Positions 37,403-52,396 of a stretch of 64,000 nucleotides of DNA are shown in pieces. The position numbers and the translations under genes were made by a program. Where the stretch lies: positions 13,950,001 through 14,014,000 of the forward strand of contig OX597837.1 in assembly GCA_951406725.2 (NCBI GenBank), written 5' to 3'. The notes under the pieces were generated by a model, which made no database searches, was not told where the DNA came from, and worked only from the letters and a program-made list of their open reading frames with translations. How positions within the stretch are numbered: position 1 is the stretch's first letter; each line of letters begins with the position of its first letter. The DNA comes from Octopus vulgaris (Eukaryota).

Positions 37403-40400
37403 TTATAGCCTCCTGTTAAACTGTCCAACCAATGCCAGCATGGAAAACGGATGTTAAATGATGATGATGATGACGATGACAACGAGGATATAGACATCAG
37501 CAGATCAAGAAGAGTGTATATATCGATGAACTTGTAGAAGACCTTATATATCAGGTCAACGATCTGAAGACTGCCATAAAAGATTGGAATAACTGGCATG
37601 GAAGAGTTGCATTGGTCCAGTGCAATTCACCCTAACCAAATAGATAGAGAAGTGTTAGTATTTATTGTTCAGATGGTAGGTAGAATGGGAACCATTGTTC
37701 AGCACATCTTAGTCACTATAAAGGAACCTACAACACTGGCGTACCAGTGTTTACTAATAAACAATTATTGAACATAGGAGGCAACACATCTGGTTCACCT
37801 GATATGACATGCTTTCATCTGATCTGCTGTTCATGCTACACATTCTAGCACATCAAGTAAAGTAGCGTGCCCAAGGTTTCTGCTATGTCAACAGCTAGGT
37901 TTGAACACCTAAATCTAGGGACTCGACCTATTAGTCCTACTATGCGGCACCTTGGGAAAGTGTCTTCTGTTATAGCCCTGGGCCGACCAACTTCTTATGA
38001 GTTGATTTAATAGATAGAAACTAAAAGAATCTCATCATTTAACGTCTGCTGTCCATGCTAGCATGGGTTGGACGATTTTGACTGAGGACTGGCGAACCGG
38101 GCTCCAATCTTGATCTGGCAGAGTTTCTACAGCTGGATGCTCTTCCTGACACCAACCACTCCGAGAGTGTAGTGGGTGCTTTTACATGTCACCGGCACAG
38201 GGGCCAGTCAGGCGGTACTGGCATGACCTCGCTCGAATATTTTTACACATGGCACAGGTGCCAGTAAGGCGATGAATGGAATAATAATAATATCCCATCC
38301 CACCACTCCACTGTGCTACGCAACCTGACTGCTAAAGACAATGAGAAAAATAGACAGATACAAACACTAGAATCCATAAACTCATACACACACAAAAACA
38401 TACACATATTAAAGATGGAATGGAAAAGCAAAATACAAAACAAATAACTAAAAAACACTGGTACAAACAGTGTAGTAAGCAAAACACAGACATGTACACA
38501 CACCACACAGATACATATGGATTAAGCAGAACAAGAGGAGACATGGGATAGAGGGTTGCTGAAGAGGTCACAGGAGGTGTGAAAAAAATAACTGACAACG
38601 AAATTTTTTTAAAATAAGAAATCTGAAGTGAAGAGCAGATATTTAGTGAGTGTGTTTAATTGGCGAAATATGACCATCACCAAGTATAACTCTCTCTCTC
38701 TATATATATATATACATACATGTATATACGTATATATCTATGTGTTTGCATTTGTTGTCACAATAATTTGACAACCAGTGTGGGTCCATTTGTGTCCCTG
38801 TGACTTAGTGGTTTGGCAAAAGAGACTGATAGAAAAAGTACTAGGCTTAAAATAAAAGTCGGGTGTTGATTTGTTTGGCTAAAACCCTTGGGGGTGTTGC
38901 CCCAGCATGGCCACAGTCTAATGACCGAAACAAGTAAAAGATGAAAAATAAAAAGACGACAACGAGATTTCATCATTAGAAAGATTTTATTTTAGAAAAA
39001 TAATTGAAAAGATTTTCTTGAGACAGTAAAAAAGACAGGAAAAAATGTTTCATTGTTGTTTCATAAATAAATAAAAGGAAGAGTCTTTTTGTTTCCTTTT
39101 TACTTTGTTGTCACATGACAAATTTACATCTTCAATGGCTGCATTTACTGGACTTGATAAATAGAACCTAAATAAATAATTTGGCAGTCAAACTTACCAA
39201 ACGAGGCTCAATCATGTTGAGTTTATTTTGCTACAAAATTCAGTCAAATTCCCCAGCAATTCTTGTAAAAGAATGTCCTTTGCTGTAAGCCCCTAAGGGC
39301 CTGGCATTGGTGGAACTAAACCCAGTACCAGACTAGGTTTTTTTATTTCTTTATTGCCCACAAGGGGCTAAACATAGAGGGGACGAACAAGGACAGACAA
39401 AGGGATTAAGTCGATTACATCGACCCAGTGTGTAACAGGTACTTAATTTATCAACCCCGAAAGGATGAAAGGCAAAGTTGACCTCGGCGGAATTTGAACT
39501 CAGAACGTAATGGCAGACGAAATACCGCTAAGCATTTCGGCCGGTGTGCTAACGTTCCTGCCAGTTTGCCGCCTGTACCAGATTAGGTTTTTCACCCAAC
39601 ACTTTGTTTAAAGTGATTATAAGTTTATGAGACGAGCACCAGTTTATGTTTAATTAAACCCATTAAGCACAGTTTTCTCAAGCTTCTACCGATTGACAAG
39701 GTTTGGCTTTTCGAAATCAATCAATTGATAATTGATGGTTTTACTGTGCAACTTTAATCTCATAATACAGAAGTAAATTTTCAAAATTATATAATTTATA
39801 TCACTTTTTATATGAATTATAATATATAATTCTTTGATAAATTTTATATAACAATAAATCATATATCATAAATATAATTTTATGCATGATTTATATTATA
39901 TAATAAATTTCATATAAATTATATTATTTGGATAATATTTTCAAAAATTTGAAAATATAATTTAAATATTTCAGTTCACAATATATTGTGAAAATCCAAT
40001 GTTGGAAACAACATTGAAATCCTTATATATACACACATACATGTATATATTAACAAAAAATATTGATGGGAAGTTCAAGTCCAGTAGCCATTATTTAATA
40101 ATAATTAATTATTTATTAATAATTAATTATTTATTAATAATTAATTATTTATTAATTACAAAAAAAAAAGTTCATGATTGTATTTATTTCATTGTATTTT
40201 ACTCCTGTAAATGTTTTTTTGTGAGTTTTTTTTTTTCTGAGCATTTAGGCTTTTTATACAGTTTTTCAGTTTTTATTCTCCACCTTAGTGGATTCAAGCA
40301 ATTATTGCAACAAGCTAAACAAAACAAAACAAAACAAAAACAAAAAAAGAGAGAAAAATGGTTGCTTTGACTTGTTCTAAAAGTATAAATGAAGTTTCTG

Positions 40401-41479
40401 AATAGTTTTCTGAGTTCTGAAGGCGTTTTTCTGACAAGACAACGTTTAGACAGAAAGAACCTGTCCATTTTAATCTTCAATTACTAGATTTGTTTTCTAG
40501 TATTGCCTGGGAAAAAAAAATCTGTTCTAACAAATCATGATTGTCATATTAAGGGGTGAAATGAGATTAAGACGAAAACAAGACCCCCCCAAAAATCTGT
40601 ACTTTAGCAAGAACTCAGATTTTTAGGACCGCATGTTGTGGTTCAAAGATCTCATCGCTTTTGGAAGACCAGGAATTTTGCTGGAGTTGAAGAATTTATA
40701 GTCTCAAACATGGTGGCAGAGAAGAATATCTACTCTTACCTTTTAAGTAGTTGCTGATGAAACTAGTTGTTAACCCTCAACTAATTGCTGATTAAATGAA
40801 AAAAGAAATCAGAGATTATTTAACATAATGATCTCAAACATACATAAAAAAAAAAATTGATGCAGTGAACATTTGCAGTAATTGCAAGGGTGCAGCTGTA
40901 ATTGAAGTGCATTTATAGCTGTGCAACAAATATAGCAAGCATGTGTGTATCACAGCAACATGGTGATGGCTTGTCAGAACAGTGCAGCGTTTGTGCTTTT
41001 TGGTATTAACAAACATGAGCAACAGTCATGTTCCATTTTTTATATCGCAACTTTGCTCCAGGTTGATGCTCAGTCCAAAGTTTTACTAACCCAGTGGAAA
41101 GGGATTCATTTGTGTCTGAAAGGTTTTGCAAATACAGCATCAGTGGTGAATGGCATGAGAGTATTGCTGACTTCCTTTTTGCTCTGAGGTGGGTGAAATT
41201 GTAAAGTTTGCTGTGTGATCTGGTGTGAGGGTTGAGGTTCCTTCTGTTGCCCCGTGAAAGGCATGCTCCAGAATCACAGAGAAGGACATCGCCAAGAGAG
41301 CAACAGAAACAGGGAGACTCTAATCAGTCATCACAACTGACGACTATGAACTGGATATTTTCCATCTTGGATTGACTTTTGCAAAGAATCTCTTCTAACA
41401 TTAAAGGGATTTTAACAGTTTTGATCAAGATAGCAGAAAACATTGGCTCTTTTGTTAGTGTACAGCCATAGGACAATAA

Positions 41480-42210
41480 AACTTGTATAACCTGTGCCAG
41501 GCAGGAGAGAACTCTGCTGTGTTCTGGGTATATCCTGGCAAGATAAAGTGACCAACACTGAAATTCTGATCCCTGTTGATCTCTCCAGCTTGTCTCACAC
41601 TTTGCTGCTCAGACATCACACAGCTGGGGCCGAACCTGTTGTACAGTGGCTGACCGCATCTCTAACCCATCAGCATTGAGATTACTCTGTCAAATGTAAT
41701 GCTTATATATTCACATTGCTTTGAATTGAATTAATCCTGCATTATCTCGTAATTTCAGCATTTTTAATGATGTAACTGTTTATTTTTAAAATGATATCGC
41801 AGGGTAGGTGTGCGAGGCCAGGTAAAATATTTGGGCTGGATGTGGTCTGTTTAACTGCTAAAGGGCTAAAGACCTCTTCCATAGTGGACTGTCCACTGGA
41901 AGGAGGAGAACAACAGGTTGTCTCTACCTGCATTTCAGCAATATCTGCAAGAAGGGCATGAAGACCCTTGATGTCAATGTTGAGTGCTGGGAGGATCGCT
42001 TGACTGCAAAAAGGGAGAAAGAACCTTGCATCAGTATATCAGGGTAGGACAACAGAACCCAACAGATGCCGCATCGAAGCATGCCTGCGTGAAAGAACCT
42101 TCATTGCAGACACAAAATCATTTGCGGATGTGGTCTTTGCAATAGGTGCTGTCCTTTTGCAAAGGACATCTCATTCACAAGAAACACTGCTCCAGAAGAA
42201 CAGGTCTCTA
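41480..42210 (+). mobile_element. Decayed RTE-clade LINE 3' fragment interrupted by a MITE (about 41685-41870)
   Basis: VLGISWQDKVTNTEIL matches the RTE motif ILGIxWQDKVTNxEVL. The interrupting sequence recurs at 26070-26283 and 29185-29350. Confidence 0.7.
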
Positions 42211-43419
42211 AGATGTGACGATCGAAGTCAGCAACAGTCACTAACTAATATTACTTTTGATAAAATGGGACATTATTAGGATGGTCAGCAACCTGGACAT
42301 TCAGACAGAAATTCAGTTGCAATAATATTTTAAAATTTTGCTAAAAAGCTAAAAATTCATAAGAAATGGTAAATGTGACATGACATTCGTTGGTAGTGAA
42401 ATTAAGATGACAACTGATGAAGAGATCCATCTAATGTTGTGGCATTGATGCTGTCACTTTTGCTACCAGATGAGTAAAAACAATAAAATAAATGAGAAAA
42501 TGGAGAAAAATGTCTTTTTTAAAATTTGCAAACAATAAAAAATTTTCATGTGTAAATCTTTCCATCACCAGGAATATCTCTTGTTTATTTCATTGCAGAT
42601 ATTAAAATTTTGTTTGTTTGGTATATTTCAAAATTTCTTCAATTTTATCTTAAATAATTATCACAGCTGTTGTTCTTCGTTATTTTTATAATTATTTTTG
42701 CCAGTGTAAAAAATGGTCACTGTTGTCCAAACCAGTAAAGTTAGACCAACTAGTCAATGGTTCAAATCTCATTAGAAGCATTGAACTGTGTTTATGCCCA
42801 AGGCACTTAACACTTGCCAAAGCAGTTTGCCTATGTTTTGTGAGGTTGCAGAGACCCAAAACAAGGCAAAAAAAGCCCAAATCCCAGCCCTTACATAGGT
42901 TTGGACATTGATAGCTTTCTTGCATTTGTTCTGTTTTAGCAAATTCTGTCAACACTTCATTTAAGTGGACTCGGTACAAACAAATTGAAATTATAACAAT
43001 ACAAAAATTTAGTTAATTATCAGTCTGGCTTTTTTTGTTTAGAGCATAAAGACATGAATATTTTGGTACCAGACATTTTCGTAGGCAAACTTTCAGCTGC
43101 AGTAATGTCAGATCAGCAGCTCAAAAGATTTGGTACAAATTCTGAGATCTTGAGTTTTTTTTGAAAATACTTTTCATGAACAGGCAGAAATTCGTTTATT
43201 TATCACAGCTTTGTACTTGGGTTATAGAATGAATTTAGGATTTGCTGGTAACCCATGGTATCTTGGACACACACACACACACACATGTGTGCACCTCTCC
43301 ATATGACTGCATGTGCAAAACAAAACAGTTGTGAACAAATTGGTATCAACAATAAAATGGATGACGCATTCTTCCCCCTTTCTCCTTCCATATATATGTC
43401 ACAGAAAGAGAGGGAACTT

Positions 43420-43562
<143 letters not shown>

Positions 43563-43777
43563 TTGTATATATATGTATACAAGAGGCATTAAAGCAGTTC
43601 TGTTCACGTTTTGTTTCTTATGCCATAAATGTGTTAATTTTAGTTTATACTATATCATAAAATATCTTAGTCATATATGTATATCTATCTATCTATATTA
43701 TATATATATGTATGTGTATATATATATATATACATACATACATATATATATATATGTATGTGTATATATATATATAC

Positions 43778-43808
<31 letters not shown>

Positions 43809-43860
43809 CACACATATATATATAATATAGATAGATAGATATACATAAATATACATATAT

Positions 43861-43930
<70 letters not shown>

Positions 43931-44930
43931 ATCCTTGTGTGTGTGTGTGTGTGTGTCCATCCTTGTACATATAAAATTGGAATAATTCAACCAATATAGT
44001 TTGCATGGTGCAATGTTTTTGAAAGGAACTCAGTTTGGTCCTATGGTTCAGCCACGAAGAGTTTGGCCCGGTTCCTTATCTGATTGATGAGGCTTCATCT
44101 CCAAATGCAGAGAAAAAGAATTGTCTAGGATCAATATGCCTGCAGACAGAAAAGGTGAGAATAAGCAACAAGCAATGGGAAAGACAAAACATTTATGGCG
44201 GCTGCTAACCTGCGAAACATTGTAATAGCTGCAATAATAATAATAATAATAATAATAATGATAATCGTAATAATAATTTCAAATTTTGATCCAAGGCCAG
44301 GAATTTTGGGGCCTGAGATAATTCAGTGATATTGACCCCGGTTTTCAACTGGTACTTATTTTTATTGATCCCAAAAGGATGAAAGGCAAAGTCAACCTCG
44401 GCAGAATTTGAACTCAGAATGTCAAGACGGATGAAATGCCATTAAAAGTTTTGGCTGGTGTGCTAACACTTCTGCCAGCTTGCTGCCTTTTCATTTTAAA
44501 TTTTGGGCACAAGGGCTGTAGATTTTTTTTTTTTGAGTGGGGGAGGATAACTCGATTACATCGAAACCCCTCCCCACCAGTTCTCAACTGGTACTTATTT
44601 TATCAACCCTGAAAGGATGAAAGGCAAAGTCAACCTTGGGAGAATTTGAACTCAGAAAAAAATAAGGACAGGCAAAAATGCTACCAAGTATTTTGGTAAG
44701 TGTGCTAACAATTCTGCCAGCTTTCTGTCTTAATAATAATAATAATAACAATATTTGTTTTAACCCTAAGTACTGTATTTTAGTGAACCTGGTGTGATGA
44801 AAGACAAAACTGATCTCTATTTCTACACAGAAAGTGTATGGTGTTAAGTGAGGTCCTGCAAATAAAGCGTTTGATTTAGTTTGCTTCTTCATCATTTTGA
44901 AGAATGGTGACGATAGTGCTGCTGCTGCTG

Positions 44931-44963
<33 letters not shown>

Positions 44964-45135
44964 GTGATAAGGAAACAGTGAAAAACATTGCTGCTGTGCA
45001 GGTGGTGTTGGTGCACGTGACCGGTGCAAGGTTGCAGTTTAGGCATTTCTGGCCATCAAACAGAAAAGCACGAGACACTTCATTACTGAGCTGTTTTTAA
45101 CCAATACGTTCAGTAAACTATTTCTACTTACACGT

Positions 45136-45211
<76 letters not shown>

Positions 45212-45466
45212 CTAGAATTTTATTCTATCTTACCTTATTTTACCTTACTCTGTTATTCTAACTGAATCTCCCACATCTTGGTTGTCTAACATGTTCTCTC
45301 TGAAGATGCCTCGAAGCTTAACCAATATCCAATCTCTGACCAATGTCTGTTCATCCCTGTATATCACTGACGTGATGGGAATGACTTGGAAGATTTTAAC
45401 GCCTCATGTTCGAAACGGCTGTAAGGGATTTGTATCTGTACACTCATCTATTATTATTCATTCATT

Positions 45467-45527
<61 letters not shown>

Positions 45528-45671
45528 ATTTATGTATTTATTGGCTGATTTCATTCACTTACTTGTACCATTTAAACACACGTTTGTTCTCATTTAATAA
45601 ATAGATATAATGGAATTCTTACAGGCTGATGTTTGTCAATTTTATATCCTCTCCATTTTCTTATTTGCCTT

Positions 45672-45703
<32 letters not shown>

Positions 45704-46173
45704 GTATCTTAGATATCAACAGAATGGCTCAATGACCCAACTGTAACAGTTCTATGCCAAAACATGAAAGTTGAGGGCCTTGAACTCCAGTGGCAATAAA
45801 AGATTGTAGAGAGTGTGTGTTTGTGTGTGCATGTGCATGTGTCTATATTTTCTTACCAGGCCTTATGAGTCATAAGGCCAGTTGCCTGGTTTCCAAGCTG
45901 TATAGATTACCAAGAACGCATTTGCCCCTGAACAAGACGCCAGAACACTGCAACGAGGCTAGCAGTTTGAGGGGAGGGGCAAGTCGATTACATCAACTGC
46001 AGTACTTGACTGGTACTTTAATTTATTGACCTCGAAAGGATAAACGGCAAAGTTGACCTTGGCAGGATTTGAACTCAGAATGTAAAGAGTTGGAAGAAAT
46101 GCTGCTAAGGATTTCCTCCAACTCTTTTGATGTGCAAATAATTCTTGCTGCTTTGTAGATGCATACACATGTG

Positions 46174-46228
<55 letters not shown>

Positions 46229-46267
46229 GTATATATATGTATATGTATGTGTGTATGTATATATATG

Positions 46268-46299
<32 letters not shown>

Positions 46300-47269
46300 T
46301 ACATACATACATATATATATAAATGAGTAAAGAAACATTTAAATATGAAAAAAATTTAATCTTGTACAACATGTCAAAGGTTATATACAGTGAGGGGTCT
46401 CATCTTTAAAATCCACCTCCTCTTTCATACCGGCTGTATAAATAATAATAATAATAATAATAATAATAGTAATATAAATAACATGAATAATCCTTTCTAC
46501 TTGAATTTTCTAATTTTAGGGAAAGGATCAAGCCGATTACATCAACCCCAGTGTATAACTGGTACTTATTTAATCGATCCTGAAAGGATGAAAGGCAAAG
46601 TCGACCTCATAAATAACATTAATAATAATAGTGAAAAAAAAATATTGCTTTCAAATTTTGACACAAGGTCAACAATTTCGTAGAATGGGGTCAATTGATT
46701 ACGTTGACTTCCAGTGTATAACTGGTACTTATTTTATTGACTCCGATTGGACGAAAAAGCAAAAGGCAGCACTGGCAACATTTGAACTTAGAATGCAAAG
46801 ACGGATGAAATGCCGCTAAGCATTTTCGTCCGGGTTGTTAAAGATCTTGCCAGCTTGCTGCCTTAATATTAAATAGAAAAAAAAAAAAAAAAAATTAAAA
46901 TTATTAACGACCACAGCAATAACAATAACAATAATAATAAGAAGAACAAAACGAAAAAAATAGTGTGAGATCATAGACTTTGTGATAGCATATGACGAGA
47001 GAGTGAGCATCAAAGAAAATTGCGAAAAATTAGGACCAGGAAGAAATTGTGGAACGTAAAAGCAGCAAGGCTTGTTGCTGTAGAAATGGTTCTCTTGGTT
47101 AATACCCAGGCTGTTACCTAAGGGGCTGAATGGTATTAAAATCGAGACATTGTTGACCAGCAGAAAAATGTCTCCCTGTTTCCCCCCCGCAAGAATTCTA
47201 TGGAAAATTCTTGGCGTAACTAAACCTCGGAATAAAATCCCAGCAAATCGAATTAGCATGTAATAGCTT

Positions 47270-47314
<45 letters not shown>

Positions 47315-47781
47315 CCTTTCTGATTTGGGCACAATGACTGAAATTTGGGGTTGGGGGGTCAATTGATTATGTATTTTATTGATCCTGAAAAGATGAATGG
47401 TGAAGTTTGGCACCAGGCCAGCAATTTTAGGTGAGGTGATAAGTCAATTACATTGACCCCCCAGTACTCAACTGGTACTTGTTTTATTGACCCCGAGAGG
47501 ATGAAAGGCAAAGTCAACCTCCGCAGAATTTGAACTCAGAACGTAAGGAAATGCCTCAAAGCATTCTGCTTGGCGTGCTAATGATTCTGCCAGCTCACTG
47601 CCTCAGTCTAGCTTTTAATATTAATAATAATAAATAAGTCTATCCAGCCAGATCCAGTTTGTACAGAGGTGTCTGTGTATATAAATCACTTTATACACGC
47701 AGCAACAACATGTTTAATTACAGTTGTGATAACCCACTAAACTCTTTCATTTTTATACTGACACAGGGTCATATTCGTTAG

Positions 47782-47866
<85 letters not shown>

Positions 47867-47878
47867 TATGCATATATA

Positions 47879-47945
<67 letters not shown>

Positions 47946-48070
47946 GTGTGTGTGTGTGTGTGTATACATGTGTGCATATGCAGATTCTATGAACGAAGTT
48001 TTACTTTCCCCATACCTATTGGAGTAATTTCCCTTTATTCAACGGTTTTTTATTCATAGCGTTTTTTTGT

Positions 48071-48145
48071 TTGTCTTAATAACTGATGAGATGCCGGAGC
48101 AGACTTCAGCCCCAGCATCCGAAACTCAGAGTTTTATTATGACAA
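48071..48145 (+). ncRNA. Type I hammerhead ribozyme motif in a Penelope-like pLTR fragment (about 47980-48250)
   Basis: Stem I TTGTC-TAATAA/TTATTA-GACAA, CTGATGA 48083-48089, stem II GATGC...GCATC, GAAA 48121-48124, palindromic stem III ACTC-A-GAGT. Triplet GUU, cut after 48133. Confidence 0.68.
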
Positions 48146-48626
48146 CCAACTATTTGTCACATATTATATTTATAGATGAATTCCTCTATTTACATAATAT
48201 CGCGGTCTCATTCATTCTTTTGTTGCAATATTATTATTATTATTATTATCATTTATATATATATATATATATATATATAATAAAAAGTAAGATAGGGGTT
48301 ATGGATGTAACCCATTATGGGATAACCTCATTATGTTGACAACTATAGGCAATAAAAATAAAATTAACTACTTTTATCCATAGGCTGAAACAGCTGTAAG
48401 AAGTGATTTTAAGGATTTCAATAATTTATATTATGACTTTTATAATTTGTATTCTTATCTTATATGTATTGAGTTATAAGATATATTTGTATGCTACTGA
48501 GGTTCTCATTTTGTTAAATGAATAAATAATCCAACATTCTAATATCCGAAAGTTGGTGAACAAACTAAATTTGCTTCTCCATTTTCTTATTTGTATTATA
48601 TATATATATGTATGTATATATATATG

Positions 48627-48691
<65 letters not shown>

Positions 48692-48874
48692 CAATTATTC
48701 AACTGCTGGTCAATCTTGACCAGAATTGGGAAAAGTCTTCTTTGTTATGGAAGTCACTGTGTCCCGATTATCGTTCTCTTAAATACTCCCTCCCCCCAAA
48801 TCCTCCCACCCGCCACTTCTTACCCCACCCCCTACTTCTTCTGAAGTGACAAAATATGGTAGGACGATGCTCAC

Positions 48875-50521
48875 CTTTGCTTCGTTATGATGCAAAAAGC
48901 AATTGAAAAGATAATAAGCGAAGGGATTCCAATCACAAGACCGATTGCGACCGGCCAGATTATAACATCGGAGCTTTCCTCTTCAATTTTTCCTGTCATG
49001 GTTATTGGTTCACTTATTGCTGTACTGTTCACCAGTGAAGTATCTGTACTGTTCACCAGTGAAGCTTCTGTACTGTTCACCAGTGAATCATCAGTACTGT
49101 TCACCAGTGAAGCTTCTGTACTGTTCACCAGTGAATCATCAGTACTGTTCACCAGTGAAGCTTCTGTACTGTTCACCAGTGAATCATCCGTACTGTTCTT
49201 CTCCAAATTATTTGGATAGTTCCCCGTTGGATCTGCTTTAGGGTTCACCTGTGAGTTATCTGTATCGGTTGGCATCGAAGTCATTGATAAGCCATCGTCA
49301 TCTGTTGTTGACATTATTGTTTCTGTTGTTTCTGCTGCTGCTGCTGCTGATGTTGATGCAGAGCTAGCAGTAGTAGTAGTAGTAGTGGTAGTGGTGGTGG
49401 TGGTGGTAGTGGTAGTAGTTGGCTGGATATTCGCTGTGGTTGTGAGATGTTCAGTAGGTGAGTGTGTTGTACTCTCTGAGGTTGCTTCTGTAGTTGGTGT
49501 TGTTGTTGTTGGTGTTGTTGTTGTTGGTGTTGTTGTTGTTGGTGTTGTTGTTGTTGGTGTTGTTGTTGTTGGTGTTGTTGTTGTTGGTGTTGTTGTTGTT
49601 GGTGTTGTTGTTGTTGGTGTTGTTGTTGTTGGTGTTGTTGTTGTTGGTGTTGTTGTTGTTGGTGTTGTTGTTGGCGTTGTTATTGGTGCTGTTGTTGTTG
49701 TTGGCGTTGGTGCTGTTGTAGTCGATGTTGTTGTTGTTGTTGTTGTTGTTGGTGGTGTTGTTGACGTTGATGTCGATGTTGCCTTAGTTACAGGAAGGCT
49801 TCCAGCGGACTCCGATGCGTGCTTGTTGGCAAAAACTGTCGACGCGTTAACGAGCACAGCTTCGTGAGTGAGCAGCTGCGATGTCAGACTTTTAGAAGAC
49901 GTCTCCTGCGGCTGTGAGGTGGACGCCGAGGGTTGTACGGACTGGAACGGTGAGCTTGATGCGACCGGGGTGGTGGAAGAGGAAGGAAGTGGGGACGATG
50001 CTGATTTATTGGCCGCAGGGAAAACTATATCAGCCAATGACATTTTTCTCTCTGATGTGTTTGATGTTGATTCTGGTGTAGCTGCTGTCGCTGATGAAGG
50101 TGAGGGTGGTGATACTAAGGGTAGCGATGGCGAATCTGTGATTGTGGAAATGTTTTGTGGTGGCTCTGACATGTTATCTTTGGAATTCTCACTGCCATTT
50201 TTACTCCCTGGCTGGGTATTCTTCGACAAATGTTCTTTGTTAATATTTTCTTTCTCTCCAGACGACCAATTTATGTCTGAAAGTTTCTTCTGAGTATCAT
50301 TATTATTTGAAGAAGAATCGGAAATTTTAGCTCTTTTGTCATTTTCATCTATCATTTTCCAAATGGCCTTTTCTGAATAAGAAAATAAATCTCCCTGGGC
50401 AGTTGTCTTGGAGTCATCTGGATTATTTTCAGGACAAGCATTCGCTTCCTTTTCTAAGGCATTGGTGTCATTTTTGATGGACAAAGAATTTTTCCATAAT
50501 TGTAAGAAGTGGATCGACACA
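48875..50521 (-). CDS. Large exon of a mucin-like type I membrane protein (S/T/P-rich stalk and transmembrane helix)
   Basis: 1647-nt open exon, acceptor ttttctatttccag| and donor AAG|gtgagc, phase 2-2. Contains (TTTTP)11, eight NST sequons and the TM segment [27 protein letters not shown] followed by TKQ. Confidence 0.9.
49021..49198 (-). repeat. Coding 24-nt tandem repeat ([16 protein letters not shown] alternating) x7
   Basis: TGTACTGTTCACCAGTGAAGCTTC-type units on the + strand. Confidence 0.95.
49496..49660 (-). repeat. Coding 15-nt tandem repeat (TTTTP) x11
   Basis: GGTGTTGTTGTTGTT x11 on the + strand. Confidence 0.95.
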
Positions 50522-50659
50522 CTGGAAATAGAAAAGAAATACATCATTATCATCATCAGCATCACAACAAGACATTTGCCCAACGTGCCATGCAGTGGGA
50601 CTGAACATGGAACCATGAAGTGGGAAGCAAGCTTCTTACCACACAACCATGCCTATGCC

Positions 50660-50729
<70 letters not shown>

Positions 50730-50753
50730 CATATCATATATATATATATATAT

Positions 50754-50862
<109 letters not shown>

Positions 50863-51769
50863 CCTGTGGTTAGGGCAGTGGACTTGTGGTCGGAGGATCG
50901 CGGTTTCGATTCCCAGACCGGGCGTTGTGTGTGTTTATTGAGTGAAAACACCTAAAAGCTCCACGAGGCTCCGGCAGGGGGTGGTGGCAGCCCCTGTTGT
51001 ACTCTTTCACCATAACTTTCTCTCACTCTCTCTTCCTGTTTCGTGAGTAACGCTGCGATGGCCTGGCGTCCCGTCCAGCTGGGGGGAACACATACACCAC
51101 AGAAACCGGGAAACCGGGCCCATGAGCCTGGCCAGGCTTGAAAAGGGCGAGGTTTATCATTTATCGTTTTATATATATAAAATTTCAATCACTGGTCACA
51201 ATGCACTTCTCAACTTTTGTTATGGCTTTCAAATGAAACCATCTCACAGGTTTCTGACCAACATCACCCCTGAATGGAATAGAAGTCCATCACAGGGAGC
51301 AACGTGAAATGAAGTGTTTTGCTCATGAACACAGCACACCACCCGGTCCAGGAATTGAAACCTTGATCTTGAATGCAACACCCTAACCACAAGACCACAC
51401 ACACACACATTGTGAAGTCCACTTCGTTTTAGGCATTATAGCCAAGTCTTCTAGTTGAGGATTATTTCCTCTTTATCTCCCTGCAGTTTTGAGGATTTTG
51501 AAACGACTCTGGGACACTGCTCTTCCTTCTCTCTCTCTCTCTCTGTCAATCTCTCTCTCTCTCTGTCAATCTCTCTCTCTGTCACTCTCTCTCTCTCTGT
51601 CAATCTCTCTCTCTCTCTATTACTCTCTCTCTCTGTTAATCTCTCTCTCTGTTAATCTCTCTCTCTGTCACTCTCTCTCTCTCTCTCTGTGTTACTCTCT
51701 CTCTTTCTCTTGTGAAGACAATGTAAAAAAGATATTGAATCTTGCTGCCTGAAACAAATGTTTACTCAC

Positions 51770-51906
51770 CTGGATTTATGGTTCAGTTCCTGCAACTCGT
51801 AATTATTGTTAGTTTCCATGGATTCATGTAGTTTAAATGCCAGTCTGGAAGTCACAGAAGAAGGTGATTCTCTATTCTTCAGGTGAATGGTTAATAACAC
51901 TATGGA
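51770..51906 (-). CDS. Mucin-like gene exon (SIVLLTIHLKNRESPSSVTSRLAFKLHESMETNNNYELQELNHKS)
   Basis: tatttccag| and CAG|gtgagt; phase 0 to 2, joins the large exon in frame. Confidence 0.8.
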
Positions 51907-52396
51907 CTGGAAATATCAGAAAGAAGGAAAGATTGAAGATAACTAAGATGGAAACAAACCAAGGAAATAATTGAGAGACAAAAATTAAGATCAAACAGAG
52001 AAATCAGAAGAAAATCAAAGGTAGAAAGAATAGGATAATTGATATCAAAGTCAGCAGCCGAAAAGAGATAATTAACTCTTCTCAAACCAACACACCTGAG
52101 GAGTCCCTGGTTCTGTGGTACACACTTCATGTTTAAGGTGATCTAAATTAAAACCTTTTATAAAAATTCCATGTCAATTCAGGCTTTAAACACCAGATTT
52201 AATTGTGACTTACAAATATAAATGAAGAGGGAGCATACAAAGACAAACATTATTTCCCATCTTTTTGTGAATTTTGTTTCATTTTGTAAAAAAAAAAATA
52301 AATTATTTTATGGTTTATTATTGTTTACATTTTGAATTACACATATATGGGGGCACCAAAATCTTTTAAGTGCTTAGGGGCCCCTATGAGTCTTAA

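Noticed and set aside
31246-42423. Isolated CTGATGA heptamers at about 31246, 40754 and 42414
   Set aside because: No downstream GAAA with compatible stems I-III, so not called as hammerheads.
48887-50293. Plus-strand ORFs (poly-V, SVLFTSE repeats)
   Set aside because: Antisense shadows of the mucin-like exon, which has the splice sites and TM helix on the minus strand.
50522-50646. N-terminal 41 aa of the 591-aa ORF (MCGKKLASH...)
   Set aside because: Read-through into intronic SINE family A sequence upstream of the true acceptor at 50523-50522.
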